A stretch of DNA of 63,848 bases, counting the filler, from Globobulimina sp. (Eukaryota), in assembly GCA_003354225.1 (NCBI GenBank). It is 28 parts of 28 records of this genome, joined end to end, with 100 filler letters (N's around TTAATTAATTAA, not from the genome) between each part and the next. Parts side by side here need not be neighbours in the genome. Positions count along the whole stretch, not along the records: positions 9,142 to 11,326 come from PIVH01008346.1; positions 11,427 to 13,611 come from PIVH01008347.1; positions 13,712 to 15,896 come from PIVH01008348.1; positions 15,997 to 18,181 come from PIVH01008349.1; positions 18,282 to 20,466 come from PIVH01008350.1; positions 20,567 to 22,751 come from PIVH01008351.1; 22 more parts are not named here. One strand, written 5' to 3'. Below, piece by piece: positions 11,118-22,851 of the stretch. The notes below the pieces were generated by a model that was given only the letters and a program-made list of their open reading frames with translations, made no database searches and was not told the origin of the DNA. The position numbers and the translations under genes were made by a program. Positions within the stretch are counted from its first letter, which is position 1; each line of letters begins with the position of its first letter.

Positions 11118-11579
11118 TAATTTGTACTTTTGCTGAAGCGATTGTTTGTTTGCTTTTTTAAAGTTGTTATGTAGAGTGTGTGACGGATTTGAACATGTAA
11201 CGTTGTTAAATTACATCTGAATTTCGATGACCATAATCCAAACAAAAAATCCATTCAAAGTTTAGAATATATTTCACAAGCTGAGGCTCAGCAGAGTGTC
11301 AGATTTGATTATGAAGGTGATGTTCTNNNNNNNNNNNNNNNNNNNNNNNNNNNNNNNNNNNNNNNNNNNNTTAATTAATTAANNNNNNNNNNNNNNNNNN
11401 NNNNNNNNNNNNNNNNNNNNNNNNNNCTCTTATCGGGAACACTACTGTAACACAAGTTTTGTTTTGGACACAGTTTTTACGCCGCAGAAAATAAACTGAC
11501 ACTAAATCCTCAATTCTGTCAACAGCAAATAGCTAAAAAAACGCAATAATTGTAATACAACTTATAAACTCCTTGAAAG

Positions 11580-13541
11580 ATGTCAGATACGAAACAGACA
11601 GAGATTGAGCAAGAGATAAAGACAATACCGCCACACCCACAGCATGATGAGGAGGAAGAGCATGATGAGGAGGAAGAGCATGGTGAGGAGAATGATGTGT
11701 CACTGTCACAGGAGATTGCAACACTAAAAGGCACACAAGACACAGAAGAAAATGGTGTTGGTACAATGATTGAAGAGGTACACGTACAAGAAGTAAAGGA
11801 AGAAATTAAACAAGAAATCAAAGAAAAAGAAGAGAAAAAAGAAGAGAGTGACAGTGTTAGATTGTTTGTGTCGGGATTGAGTCCATTTATATCCGCATTG
11901 GAAGAATTTGATGCAAATATTGACAAATCAGATGAGAAAATGAATAATAATGACAAGAAAAATAAAAATAGAAATAGCGACGAAGAAATATTAATGAGAC
12001 CAATTCGTGAATTAATATATAAATCATTTCATGAGCCATCCGAAGGTGAAGAAGGTATAATTTATGTGATGGGGCAATTAAATAATATCTCATTAATAAA
12101 TAATGACAATTTGAATAGAGATTTGGTGATCCGGTCGATCGGACATTTTTTATCCTTATCATTGCCGCCTTCATGGATCGATTCAATGTGCGGCTGGATG
12201 TTAGATCGAATGCAATTAATTTTATTAAAATTTTTTACGTTTAAACATTATTGTTCGTGCTATTTTAATTCAAACATCAGTGCTTCCCGCATTTTTGTGT
12301 TGCAATGCGCGTTGCATCGCAGATTTCCATTATTAATCTCCGAAGGCTGTGCATCGTTGGCTCGCTGTCCCGTATTTTATGGCACAAAGCAATGTTCGCT
12401 CTTTCATGACAATAATTACATTCGATGTTCATGGCAATTATTGCAAACTGGCGCCTCCTTTAAAATTATACCACTGCATCGATCTACACATCATACTCAG
12501 AAACATAAAACTAATCATCATAACAAAACTAGTCATAATAAGAGCAATCATAATCATAATCATAATCATAATAAGAGTGGCATTGGCAACAATATTATCA
12601 GTCCAATCACAATGGATTTGCGGACCTTGGAGCAAGAGATTGAAAGGGATCAAAGTAAGGGGAGATTGCCGTGTGTTGTGATTGCAACAAATAACGACAA
12701 TTTACAAAAGATGCGCTCCATTTGCGATCGGCATGGTTTATGGTTACATATCGAATCTTCATCCTCGTTGTTGTTATTGGCTGCGGCTACCACTTTGCCC
12801 AAAAATACACGCATTATGATGCAATGTGCGGATTCTATCTCGTGTCAACCATTCGAATGGTTCACAAACAATAAAAAGAGCAATCGGGGAAAGAAAAAAA
12901 AGAGATTGAAGAAGATGCAGAGTCAGAGTCAGAGCCATCGATGGAGAGATAAACCGGGCTGTACCTCGACGTTGACATTTATCAAAGAAGATTTACGCGA
13001 TACGCCACCTCCAAGTATTCAATACAGCGATTGTGATTTTGTAATGATGTTTCCTTTGTGGCATTTATTGGTGACTCGATCCATAAAAAGAATCAAAAAT
13101 CGTGTTGATCATTCAATTAATTTATGCCAATATTTAAGTAATGAGTTATTAGAAAGAAAGAATATATTTACGAGCAGCTTATTATGCAAAGCCTGTTGCA
13201 TTATTTTCCAAATCACGCCGAATATCAATATTATTGACTTGTCACTGTTTAAATTGGATATCAACACCTTTCACGAATTACTAATTCATCGCTGTTGCAA
13301 AGAGATCAATGATTTACATATTGAATGGAAATTATATGAAGATGAAAATGATTATTTTAGTAATGATTATGATGAATATAATGATGAATATGATGACCGA
13401 TTTGTATATTATGGCTCTGACAATGACAATCATCATAATCATAATAACACGAATATGAATATGAATATTTCCGATGACCCTAACAATAATAATATAACTC
13501 CATATTTTCTTTTTGAGCCGCTATCATACTGCGAGCCGTAA
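11580..13541 (+). CDS. PDXDC1-like group II PLP-decarboxylase-fold protein
   Basis: MDLRTLEQEIERD..GRLPCVVIA, DNLQKMRSICDRHGLWLHIE and ADSISCQPFEW. Acidic N-terminus and low-complexity His/Asn inserts. The 3' end may be spliced or truncated. Confidence 0.7.
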   Translation: MSDTKQTEIEQEIKTIPPHPQHDEEEEHDEEEEHGEENDVSLSQEIATLKGTQDTEENGVGTMIEEVHVQEVKEEIKQEIKEKEEKKEESDSVRLFVSGLSPFISALEEFDANIDKSDEKMNNNDKKNKNRNSDEEILMRPIRELIYKSFHEPSEGEEGIIYVMGQLNNISLINNDNLNRDLVIRSIGHFLSLSLPPSWIDSMCGWMLDRMQLILLKFFTFKHYCSCYFNSNISASRIFVLQCALHRRFPLLISEGCASLARCPVFYGTKQCSLFHDNNYIRCSWQLLQTGASFKIIPLHRSTHHTQKHKTNHHNKTSHNKSNHNHNHNHNKSGIGNNIISPITMDLRTLEQEIERDQSKGRLPCVVIATNNDNLQKMRSICDRHGLWLHIESSSSLLLLAAATTLPKNTRIMMQCADSISCQPFEWFTNNKKSNRGKKKKRLKKMQSQSQSHRWRDKPGCTSTLTFIKEDLRDTPPPSIQYSDCDFVMMFPLWHLLVTRSIKRIKNRVDHSINLCQYLSNELLERKNIFTSSLLCKACCIIFQITPNINIIDLSLFKLDINTFHELLIHRCCKEINDLHIEWKLYEDENDYFSNDYDEYNDEYDDRFVYYGSDNDNHHNHNNTNMNMNISDDPNNNNITPYFLFEPLSYCEP

Positions 13542-13711
13542 TTAATTCGACGAGAATATATCTCTCAGTTTATACAAAAGATTGTTGTCGAAATCAATAT
13601 TTTGCGAAAATNNNNNNNNNNNNNNNNNNNNNNNNNNNNNNNNNNNNNNNNNNNNTTAATTAATTAANNNNNNNNNNNNNNNNNNNNNNNNNNNNNNNNN
13701 NNNNNNNNNNN

Positions 13712-15896
13712 ATTATTTACTAAAATTAAGGAAATAAAGCAAATAAATTTAAGAGCGGAAATGGCAAGAATTGAAAAGGCTCATAACAAATGGATAAACA
13801 ATCCAAGAAGAAAATTTCACCAACTATATGATACCATGAAAAATCTTAAACGAGGAGTTAGAGAAAATGTGACAATTATAAATGATCAAAAACAACCTAT
13901 AATAGGAAATATGGAAATAAAAAAACATTTGGCCGAATTTTGGGAAAGTATATTTACACTGGGAATATGGCCTGAAGCTAATGACCAGATGAAAAGAGTA
14001 GGACTAACTGATATCATCAATGGACCAGACAAATTAGATCTAAATAACGATATAACAAACATAGAAATGATAGCAGCTATGAAAAAATTGAAAAATAATA
14101 CGTCAGCAGGTACAACTAATATTCCACCAGAATTTATAAAAAACTGGCCCCAAAGTATGATCGATACCGTGAGAACATTATTTAATAAATGGTATAATAC
14201 AGGATATTTCCCGGATATAGGGAAAACCCAAGAAGTCACATTATTACATAAAAAGGGCTCAAAAAGTAACATAAAAAATTATAGAACTTTATGCCTAGGA
14301 TGTAATTTATGTAAACTATACCTTCTTATATTAACAAAAAGAATAGAAACAATAACTGAAAAGAAAAATATATTAGGATATATACAACATGGATTTAGAG
14401 CAAATAAAAGGATAGAAGACTGTATTCTAACAATAAATCATACCATAATGAAAGCCAGGAAAGGCCGCCGATCTAAAGCTACAGTGGCACTTTTAGATAT
14501 ACAAAAAGCATATGACCGAGTATGGAGAGCTGGTTTATGGAAAAAACTACGAGACCTTGGATTCCCAGAAAAATTAATCGAAGCCATAAAAAGTAGCTAC
14601 CAGAATCCTGGAGCCACTATTACCTTCCAAAACTTAACAACAGATAAACTTGATATGCCAGTAGGATTAAGACAAGGATGCACAATGTCCCCCATATTAT
14701 GGGCATTATATATATCAGATTTGGGGAGAGAAATCGAACAATGCAACTTAGGTATAGAAATTGGAACCGATGATAACAAGAAAATTATATCAGGACTATT
14801 TTTTGCAGATGATATGTTGCTATTTGCCAAAAATGAACAAAATATGGAGAGACTACTAACAATAGTAGGTAACTACGCTCAAAGATGGAAAATCGAATTT
14901 TCAGGATCAAAAAGCTTAATTATACCATTAAAAAGAAACATAGATCCGGATAAAAAATGGGCATTAGGATATAAATATGTAAAAGAAAAAGAAAAATCGA
15001 CAATATATATCAAGGAGGAATCGGAATCTAAATACCTGGGAATAACGCTAAGCAAACACAAGTTAGACTTAACAACCCAACACAGAGTTAGATTAACAGA
15101 AGCGACAAAAAAGGAAACATATCGATGCTATAAACCAGCAATGGCAACAGCACGATCAATACTATATGGTAGTAAAATATGGACAACATATGTTGTACCA
15201 AAAATACTACATGGCATTGCTGCATTAATATTTTCAGCTAATACATTTAAAGGAATAGAAGTTCAACAAAGAGAATATATCAGAAATATATCACGATTAC
15301 CACGCCATACTAATAATATGGTTCTATATGGAGAAACCAATATTATACCAATGATGAAAGAAGCTGAAAAACGAACAATAAATTACTTGTCACATATAAG
15401 CAAATTGAACAATGACAACATTGTAAAATTAGCTTTATTAGAACAAATGGAAATATATAGAAATAATAATACAACTAAAACGTGGCTGAAACATGCCTAC
15501 AGTATATGTGATAAATACAACATTGATCACAGAAATATCCCAAAACCTGATATCATCAAAACTATTATTCACAATCACTGGATTGCTGAATATAAAAATA
15601 ATCTAGCACAAGCTGGATCTTTGATATTATATCAAGAAAAAACAATTCCAAAAATAAACTATAAATTAAATTTACAAACAGGAGGAGACTATTGGCTAAA
15701 GGCAAAGGCCGGAAGCTTATTAATAAATGGAAGATCGAATAGACCATGTTCTAGATGCGATCTGAATACACTTGAAACTATAAATCATTTAATATGGGAA
15801 TGTCCAGAAAATATTTTTATCGATAATTATGAAGATAATATCAAAATTATATGGAATCATCTACCAGAGAATATTAATGGACATAATAAACCTAAT
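13712..15896 (+). mobile_element. Non-LTR retrotransposon (LINE) ORF2 fragment: reverse transcriptase plus C-terminal CCHC zinc finger
   Basis: NYRTLCL, QHGFR, LDIQKAYDRV, GLRQGCTMSP, FFADD, KYLG, and CSRC..ETINHLIWEC. Frame is open across the contig; strongly A-rich sense strand. Confidence 0.95.
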
Positions 15897-16105
15897 NNNN
15901 NNNNNNNNNNNNNNNNNNNNNNNNNNNNNNNNNNNNNNNNTTAATTAATTAANNNNNNNNNNNNNNNNNNNNNNNNNNNNNNNNNNNNNNNNNNNNCTTT
16001 CGTACTCTCGAATGTATAGAAAACAGTCTTGTTTTTGACGAAACATTTATATTTTATAAACCAAAGATAAAACGCCTTCGCTGCCATTAATCTAAATCAT
16101 TAAGA

Positions 16106-17709
16106 ATGTTAATTAGTGCTTCTTTACATAATTCATTGGTAATATTGTCATTGGTAATATTTGTTGTATTCTTAGTGTTTGTTGGATTAAAACAATTGCG
16201 TGGGGTCTGGCAGCATATAAACATAATATATACTCCATCACCAACAAACGTCTTATTATTGCAATCTTGTGAATTATCCGAATTAAGAAATGTATTATCA
16301 TCTGTTGATGATGAAATTGATATTCATCCGCGTCAAATCCGTCGTATTTTAAGACAAGCTCTCGATTCAAACGTTGTTAAAGATGTAGCAATATCAAAAC
16401 CTGATTTCTTTATAAAACATAGCATATTTCATAAAAATAACAATGAGTACATTTTTAAATTTAAACATTATATCAAAGAGCAAGAAGGAACAATGTGTCT
16501 TGATTTTTATTTTGGAGTTCCAAAATGTTATTATTTTCAAATCAAATCATTGACAAAATTACATGAAAAACCTAAGAAACACAAGCCATTATCTCCAAAA
16601 ATAAGGAACCAAAATAATATTAACATTGCATCCCCATTAAAATCAGTAATCGGTTTGGCATCGCAACCACAAATACAACGAATAAGTTCAAAATCATTTC
16701 AATCAAAAACATCACCGAATGAGGGGTATATATTATAATATATTAATATGATTATCCTATCCTTGCACAAATATAAAATTGTTTTTATATATTGTATAGA
16801 ATTCAGATGACAGAAATGACCGAAATGGCAGGAATAAAACAGCACAGTGCATCCTCAATGATAACGCTACAGAAATTAATACCAAATGACTATGTTTATC
16901 GTGATTTTGTTGAATCAAAAAGCGGCGAAGATATAAGTTTTGAAGAAAATGATTTAGAAACAACAATAAATTCAATTATTGGCAAAACACAAACACAATT
17001 AATCCAGAAACAAGGTCCAAGCACAAAATATAAAACAGCTGTGGATGATGATAATGATCTAAATGGAGAGGGATTTTATTTTTGTGTTTTATTGAGTTAT
17101 ATTCGGTATACAGTGGCTGATAAAAAGGAGAGTGAATCTGAACAATCTGATGAATCTGATGACGAATTACAAAAAGAAGAAGAGAAAGAAGAGATAAATG
17201 CAGACGATATCGATTATGAATTGGTAAATAATTATGAATTAATATGCGAGAATGGCATAAATTATAAGATAGAGACATTAGAGATATCAATATTTGAGCC
17301 GCCGTCTGCATTTTCAGCAAAAAACCAACATAAAAAAAAAGATAAAAAAGGAATAAAAGCAGCAGATAAAAATGAGAATGAGAATGAGAATGTGGTAAAT
17401 GTAGTAAATGCATTGGAACCGCAATTATGTATTAAATTATTATGCGATTTTAATTTCCAGCGATTAGTTGAATATTATGATATTTTTGGTATATCCTCAG
17501 ACATTGATAATAATGAAATTAAGTTAGACTGTAAAATATGTTTTAGTTTTGCAGCAAATATTATATTATTACCATGTAGACATTGTTGTTGCTGTCTAAA
17601 TTGTTACAAACATATCGAGACATGTCCTATGTGCAGAAAGCCAATCAGACAGACTTTAAGATGGAAAAATGAACCACAAACATCAATTGTTACAAGATCT
17701 TCCTTGTAA
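16106..17709 (+). CDS. Membrane-anchored RING E3 ligase (MGRN1/LOG2-like C3HC5 RING), 2 exons
   Basis: N-terminal TM segment; intron 16726-16799 joins the two ORFs in frame; YDIFGI and CKIC..LLPCRHCCCCLNC..CPMCR. Confidence 0.75.
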
Positions 17710-18283
17710 ACTGTAATACTTTTAACTAAAGTTTGTTAGTAAGTATTCAATTTTTTTGCAAAAATACAATTCGCTTGCAATTGTAGACATTTGTAGTCTA
17801 ATTAACCTTTTTGGACTTTTCGTAATTAAATCGTTGTCATTCGTTGTCTATACATGTAGAAGAAACATTAAACAAAACCCCTTTACAAAGTTTACACTCG
17901 AAATAAATGCCAAAGATCTAATTCCGATTGGTTTCTGTTTCGATATACATCTCTGAGGTAACTAGTATCAACAAACGATGTATTATCTATCTGTTGAACA
18001 TTGCTAGGAAATGCAAAGAATGTGCATCATGATCCAGTTGAGGTATCCAATTTTTTTGCACGATCCAATTGAGCCAATGCTGACAAACTTGATGTCTCAA
18101 CAGAAATGCGTTAGGCACTGAACTGAGTTCGGAAAAGATTATGTGATGAATTCTAGTAAATTGAGTAATATTTGATTCATTNNNNNNNNNNNNNNNNNNN
18201 NNNNNNNNNNNNNNNNNNNNNNNNNTTAATTAATTAANNNNNNNNNNNNNNNNNNNNNNNNNNNNNNNNNNNNNNNNNNNNCA

Positions 18284-18445
18284 GACCGGTGTGTTTATGG
18301 CAGCAATTTTCCGATTGAAAAAATATGGACCTCTTACCCGAATATTATTCATGGATTTAAGGCAAATCTAGAGGCTTTACCCCAGGAAAGCCAAGAATTG
18401 ATATTGTACGAAAATGCCCGGAAACTGTATAAGCTAAAAGTATAA
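18284..18445 (+). CDS. Bacterial-type amidohydrolase family protein, C-terminal fragment
   Basis: DRCVYGSNFPIEKIW...ILYENARKLYKL* (manual translation; below ORF-track size). Confidence 0.7.
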   Translation, partial: DRCVYGSNFPIEKIWTSYPNIIHGFKANLEALPQESQELILYENARKLYKLKV

Positions 18446-18493
18446 AATGCCATTAATGGTATAACAGTTGAGGTTTTTGGGGTAAAAGTCGGT

Positions 18494-18727
18494 ATGTCAG
18501 TTTATCTGAACTACGGCGTTGCTGAGTTGAGTCAACAATACAATCCGCGCAACTTTTCGCTAGATCATGAGCTTTCGACATTTAAGTCGAGACATAAAAG
18601 TTATGCCATTCGTGATAAATATAAAGTAATTAATGACCTAGCATACGGAAAACGTGTTGAAGAAAAATTGGATGTTATCACTAACAACACGGTGAACGCG
18701 GCGTCCTCTGTGCCGGTTTATGTGTTC
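18494..18727 (+). CDS. Bacterial-type alpha/beta hydrolase (arylformamidase-like), N-terminal fragment broken at a junction
   Basis: ELSQQYNPR..DLAYGKRVEEKLDV..VPVYVF. The expected HGG motif is replaced by antisense eukaryotic sequence. Confidence 0.6.
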
Positions 18728-20330
18728 TTGTACCATGCCAAAATCCGCCCACTTTATAATCTGTCCACCGCTTCGATTTCTTCACTTTATTACAATACGC
18801 ATAATACGCTCGCCATACTTTCGCATTTTGAATCCTTTCAATGCGTTCAATTTTGCGTTTGCTCGGGTCGCGAATATGTAATATTATTTTATTCCATTCC
18901 TCACTGTTTAACGCCACATCATACGAACGGATCATTGACGACGATTTAATATCCGTTATATTCACCCAATTATTGATAAACTCTTCATTCCCAATATGAT
19001 AATTGCCATTGTCCACGTTCCTATGCTTATTATTGTTATATATCGCTGGCCTCACTGCGTTAATTAATTTTGGTGGCGGCGGTACATAGCACTGTTCATT
19101 CCCATTGTGTATCTTCTTACATTTTATACAATTCCTTTTCTGGCAGGACGGACAGCGAAATTCCTTCATATATTTATCTTCGATGATGATGCAACCGTTG
19201 CAATTTGGGTCGAAACACTGATGCAAATCTTTCTGCTTTGCCATCATTTCTTTGATATGTATATCCGACACAATATCCGCAGTATGCGCATTGACATGGA
19301 TTTTGATGTCAGTCTCATGGATCACAGAGCCGCATTTCAAGCAAGTCGGCAACATTTTCATTGCGATATGCGACGATATCAACGCAGGGAAGCATTTATA
19401 GCATATTTTATGCGTACGATTACGTAATTCAACGCCACCAAATTCCTGTGCTTTACTGCAACGAATACACGAACATACTTCCAATGTGTGTCCGTCAGCT
19501 AATCGTTGCGCTATTTCCGCCGCTAAAAACTCGTCATTTTCCGCGTTCATCTTGTTGTTATAAGCCTCATTTTCTTTCTTTTCCGCGGCTTGTAACTGCT
19601 GCGCTAATTGCAACGACTCGCGATTGTTTTTCATCTCTTCGATGATCCGCAGTGCGCGCGACCGAGATTGGGCAGAATAAACGCCTAAGAACTCCATCCT
19701 CCGCATGAATTCGTCCAAAGATCCGAACAAATCCGAGGATAATTCGTCGGAAACGTCGCGGATATACTCTTTCAACACAAAATCAGAAACGTTTTCCCAC
19801 TCATCGGAGGTTACTAATTTATTCGAGTTCTCCTTTGTGTCGTAATCAAGCTCCATTTTCTTTTCTTCCTCGACGGCCGCTGCTTTATTTTGCCATTCGT
19901 TCGAGGCAAAGCGGACATATTTTATATCCACGCCGATCATGAAGTGGTTTTCTGCGTTTTTTTTAATGATTTCTATCAAACATTTGTGTTTATGGTCACT
20001 GTAACCTAAGAAAATGGCGTCGACCCAAATATCGACGCTTGGGTTCACGCAGACTTCGACGATGTCATTGCCACAGAAATCTATCTCTTTCTTGTCTGTT
20101 TTGTCAATAATTATCGCCTTTTCCTCCTTAAATTCGTCCACTTCCATCTTTTGATCGGTTTTCATCTCATTTTTGTTGTTTGATGCGCTTTCATTCTGGA
20201 ATATATTATTTGTTTTGAAAAAAATATCCTTGCACATACAGGCAATTACATACGTATTGATGTGATAACGTTGATATATTATCAATTTTATATTGAATAT
20301 ACTGCAAATATGATAATGGTAATCGTGCAA
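18714..20330 (-). CDS. RING/IBR zinc-finger protein fused to a PARP-type ADP-ribosyltransferase domain (3' truncated; 5' end probably spliced)
   Basis: Degenerate RING (CIRC..HKICYKC..CLKC), IBR (CFDPNC..CPSC..CIKC..H..C), then EEWNKI..IERIERIQNAKVWRAY..FWHGT. Confidence 0.7.
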
Positions 20331-20566
20331 TGCCAGTGCCGATGTTATGAAATATCACTTGTGCAAACTGGGGGTTATCATCATCACTATTTATTCGTTG
20401 ATAAAATGATTTGAAATGGTGTTTTAAATCGTTTTTATTTGGCGAGGGGATGATTAAATTATGTCCNNNNNNNNNNNNNNNNNNNNNNNNNNNNNNNNNN
20501 NNNNNNNNNNTTAATTAATTAANNNNNNNNNNNNNNNNNNNNNNNNNNNNNNNNNNNNNNNNNNNN

Positions 20567-21365
20567 ATAATTTGCTAAAGCCCAAAATGCCATTCAGTGG
20601 GGTGCGAATTTCATGACTCATGTTAGCCAAAAATTCAGATTTAATATTACTGGATTCAAGGGCCGAGCGACGGGCTAAATTCAGTTCAATATTTTGTACT
20701 TCCATTTCTTCCAAGGTTTCTTTTAAGTCTTCGGTGGCCTGTTCTATATTGTCCTGTAGCTCCTGCTGGGCAGCGTGCAAACTGGTGGCCATTGAGTTAA
20801 TGCCGTTGGCCAGCTCTTTAAATTCAGTTTGTTCGGGCAATTGAATGCGGGCCTCTAAATTCCCTGATTCTAATTGTTCAAGGGCAGTTGCCACATGTTG
20901 CAAGGGCGTAGTAATTCGAATGCTGGCCCTATACGCTAAATAAAACCCAAACATTATTAAAATAAGCGTAAACAGCAAGGTATTGAGCAGTGCTTGATAT
21001 TGAGCTACCTGAGTGGCAGAGGAATCAAACTCCAATTCAATCCACCCCAATAAATTTGTTTGAACAATGTCGTTAACGGCATAAATGGGGGCTCGTACTC
21101 GAATGCTATTTGAAGTATTAAATTTGTGTATAGGCCCTTCAATAAAACGTGTCGATTGAGTGGGTAGCATGGTCGGGCCCATTTGTAATATTGGGCTTTG
21201 TTCTTTATTCAGTAACGCCAGAGCTCGAAGCTTTGGCAGATCTAAATAAGCTTGCAGTGAGGACTGTATAGAAGGCTTAGGCTCATGGATAAAATGGGCG
21301 GTATGCAAAGCCAGTTGACGGCTTAGAATAATCGCTTGGTCGGTGTCTTGTTTTAAAAGCTGAGC
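20567..21365 (-). CDS. barA: BarA/GacS-family sensor histidine kinase fragment (periplasmic-TM-HAMP-HisKA), gammaproteobacterial type
   Basis: [54 protein letters not shown] and [22 protein letters not shown]. Upstream boundary is approximate. Confidence 0.85.
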
Positions 21366-21450
21366 ATTTGGTGTGAGCTGGATTTGTTAGATCGAAATAT
21401 ATAATACTGAAATACAATGATAAAATGAAATAAAAAAAAAGAACAAAAAC

Positions 21451-21560
21451 CCAGAGTTTTCAAATGTTGGTTGGTGATGAGATGATAAGGTCATGATAAG
21501 GGGGAAAAAGTCATGATACAGCTTTATCATAACTGAACCAACCACATTTTAAAACTCTGG
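21451..21560. mobile_element. Putative 110-bp MITE with about 23-bp TIRs and a 6-bp direct repeat (AAAAAC)
   Basis: CCAGAGTTTTCAAATGTTGGTTGG ... CCAACCACATTTTAAAACTCTGG. AAAAAC at 21445-21450 and 21561-21566. Confidence 0.65.
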
Positions 21561-21618
21561 AAAAACAACATAAACAAATAAATCCAATACCACTCCTATT
21601 TTCATTTTAATTTGTCAG

Positions 21619-22698
21619 CTATAAAAACCTAACATTTTTATCAATACATTTCCCAATACATAATAGACACAATTTGTTCGGACATAAACATTTAAACATT
21701 CTGATTGAAAAAGGAAAGTGAAGAAATAAGCACAAAGTATTAATAAAACAATCCAAAGATATTACAAATTTCAAGAAAAATGCACTGTTTGCTATACAAA
21801 AGATAATTAGTACCAACCACGAGGTCATCACTGATACAAATACCAACATTGAATGCTGCGTCATCGTATTCACAAATTCAAGTTTTACATTCTCCACTAC
21901 TTTGCGTAATTTTCTTTCTTTTTTTGTTTCTGATGCTATAGCTACAAAGATCCTTTTCTGATGATCCGGTGTCGCTGCTTCTGACCGCGCACATTCAGAG
22001 GAAACACTTTTTATTCGTATTCCGCGGCCGCATACATTGGCCGTGGATACATCGGATACATTGGACACATTTGAATGAGTTACAACGTTAACGGGGTCGG
22101 CGAGAGGACTAAGTCGCATGTCACTAAGTGTTAATTCCACGCTTTCTTTTCTTCTCATATTTGTCTCAGCGCTCTGAATGGATTTAATATAAGATTTAAT
22201 AACTTGTAATAGTTTACATTGAAATATTAGCAGCAAACTCATTGAAAATATAAAATCGCACAATTGCAACATTGCCAATGGTAACATAACGAAAACAATT
22301 CCAACTCTTCTTTCGTTGTGATCAATGGCCAGAATGTTAACATACAGAGTGCATATTGGCAATGAGCATAGTAAGCAATACAACGCCCGGAATACACATT
22401 TATTCGATTGGAATATGGTATCTTTGAACGAATGCTTTAAACGAAATATAAATACAATATTCATTAAGGTTCTGCCCCAATACCAAAAGGTTGTTGCTAA
22501 TGGATTCCTGGATTTGTGGCTATATTTGTTGGTGGCACACAATAATATCCGTCCATCGATGGCACAAAACATATCAATGACACTGAGAATGTGAGAAATA
22601 AAATAGATGATCATGCTGCATATTGTCAAATGTCGGATAGAGAGAGGGAGGGAAATGGTTAATTTATATCTTTTGATTTTATTGTCTTCATTTGACAT
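21619..22698 (-). CDS. GPCR-like multi-pass membrane protein
   Basis: Hydrophobic helices, FIFRLKHSF, SLDCFINTLCLFL and Cys-rich tail; same general family type as 7886-9041. Confidence 0.6.
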   Translation of the reverse strand: MSNEDNKIKRYKLTISLPLSIRHLTICSMIIYFISHILSVIDMFCAIDGRILLCATNKYSHKSRNPLATTFWYWGRTLMNIVFIFRLKHSFKDTIFQSNKCVFRALYCLLCSLPICTLYVNILAIDHNERRVGIVFVMLPLAMLQLCDFIFSMSLLLIFQCKLLQVIKSYIKSIQSAETNMRRKESVELTLSDMRLSPLADPVNVVTHSNVSNVSDVSTANVCGRGIRIKSVSSECARSEAATPDHQKRIFVAIASETKKERKLRKVVENVKLEFVNTMTQHSMLVFVSVMTSWLVLIIFCIANSAFFLKFVISLDCFINTLCLFLHFPFSIRMFKCLCPNKLCLLCIGKCIDKNVRFL

Positions 22699-22851
22699 AA
22701 AAACATTTTTTTCACCAGATTGGATGGAGTGACTGCATAACAGAAACTTGANNNNNNNNNNNNNNNNNNNNNNNNNNNNNNNNNNNNNNNNNNNNTTAAT
22801 TAATTAANNNNNNNNNNNNNNNNNNNNNNNNNNNNNNNNNNNNNNNNNNNN

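Noticed and set aside
12500-12580. CATAAT and AAT microsatellite-like runs
   Set aside because: Encode ordinary His/Asn low-complexity tracts typical of AT-rich protist proteins.
20567-21365. barA as a true bacterium-to-eukaryote HGT
   Set aside because: Broken mid-gene, no introns, and several similar abrupt joins in this window favour amplification chimeras.
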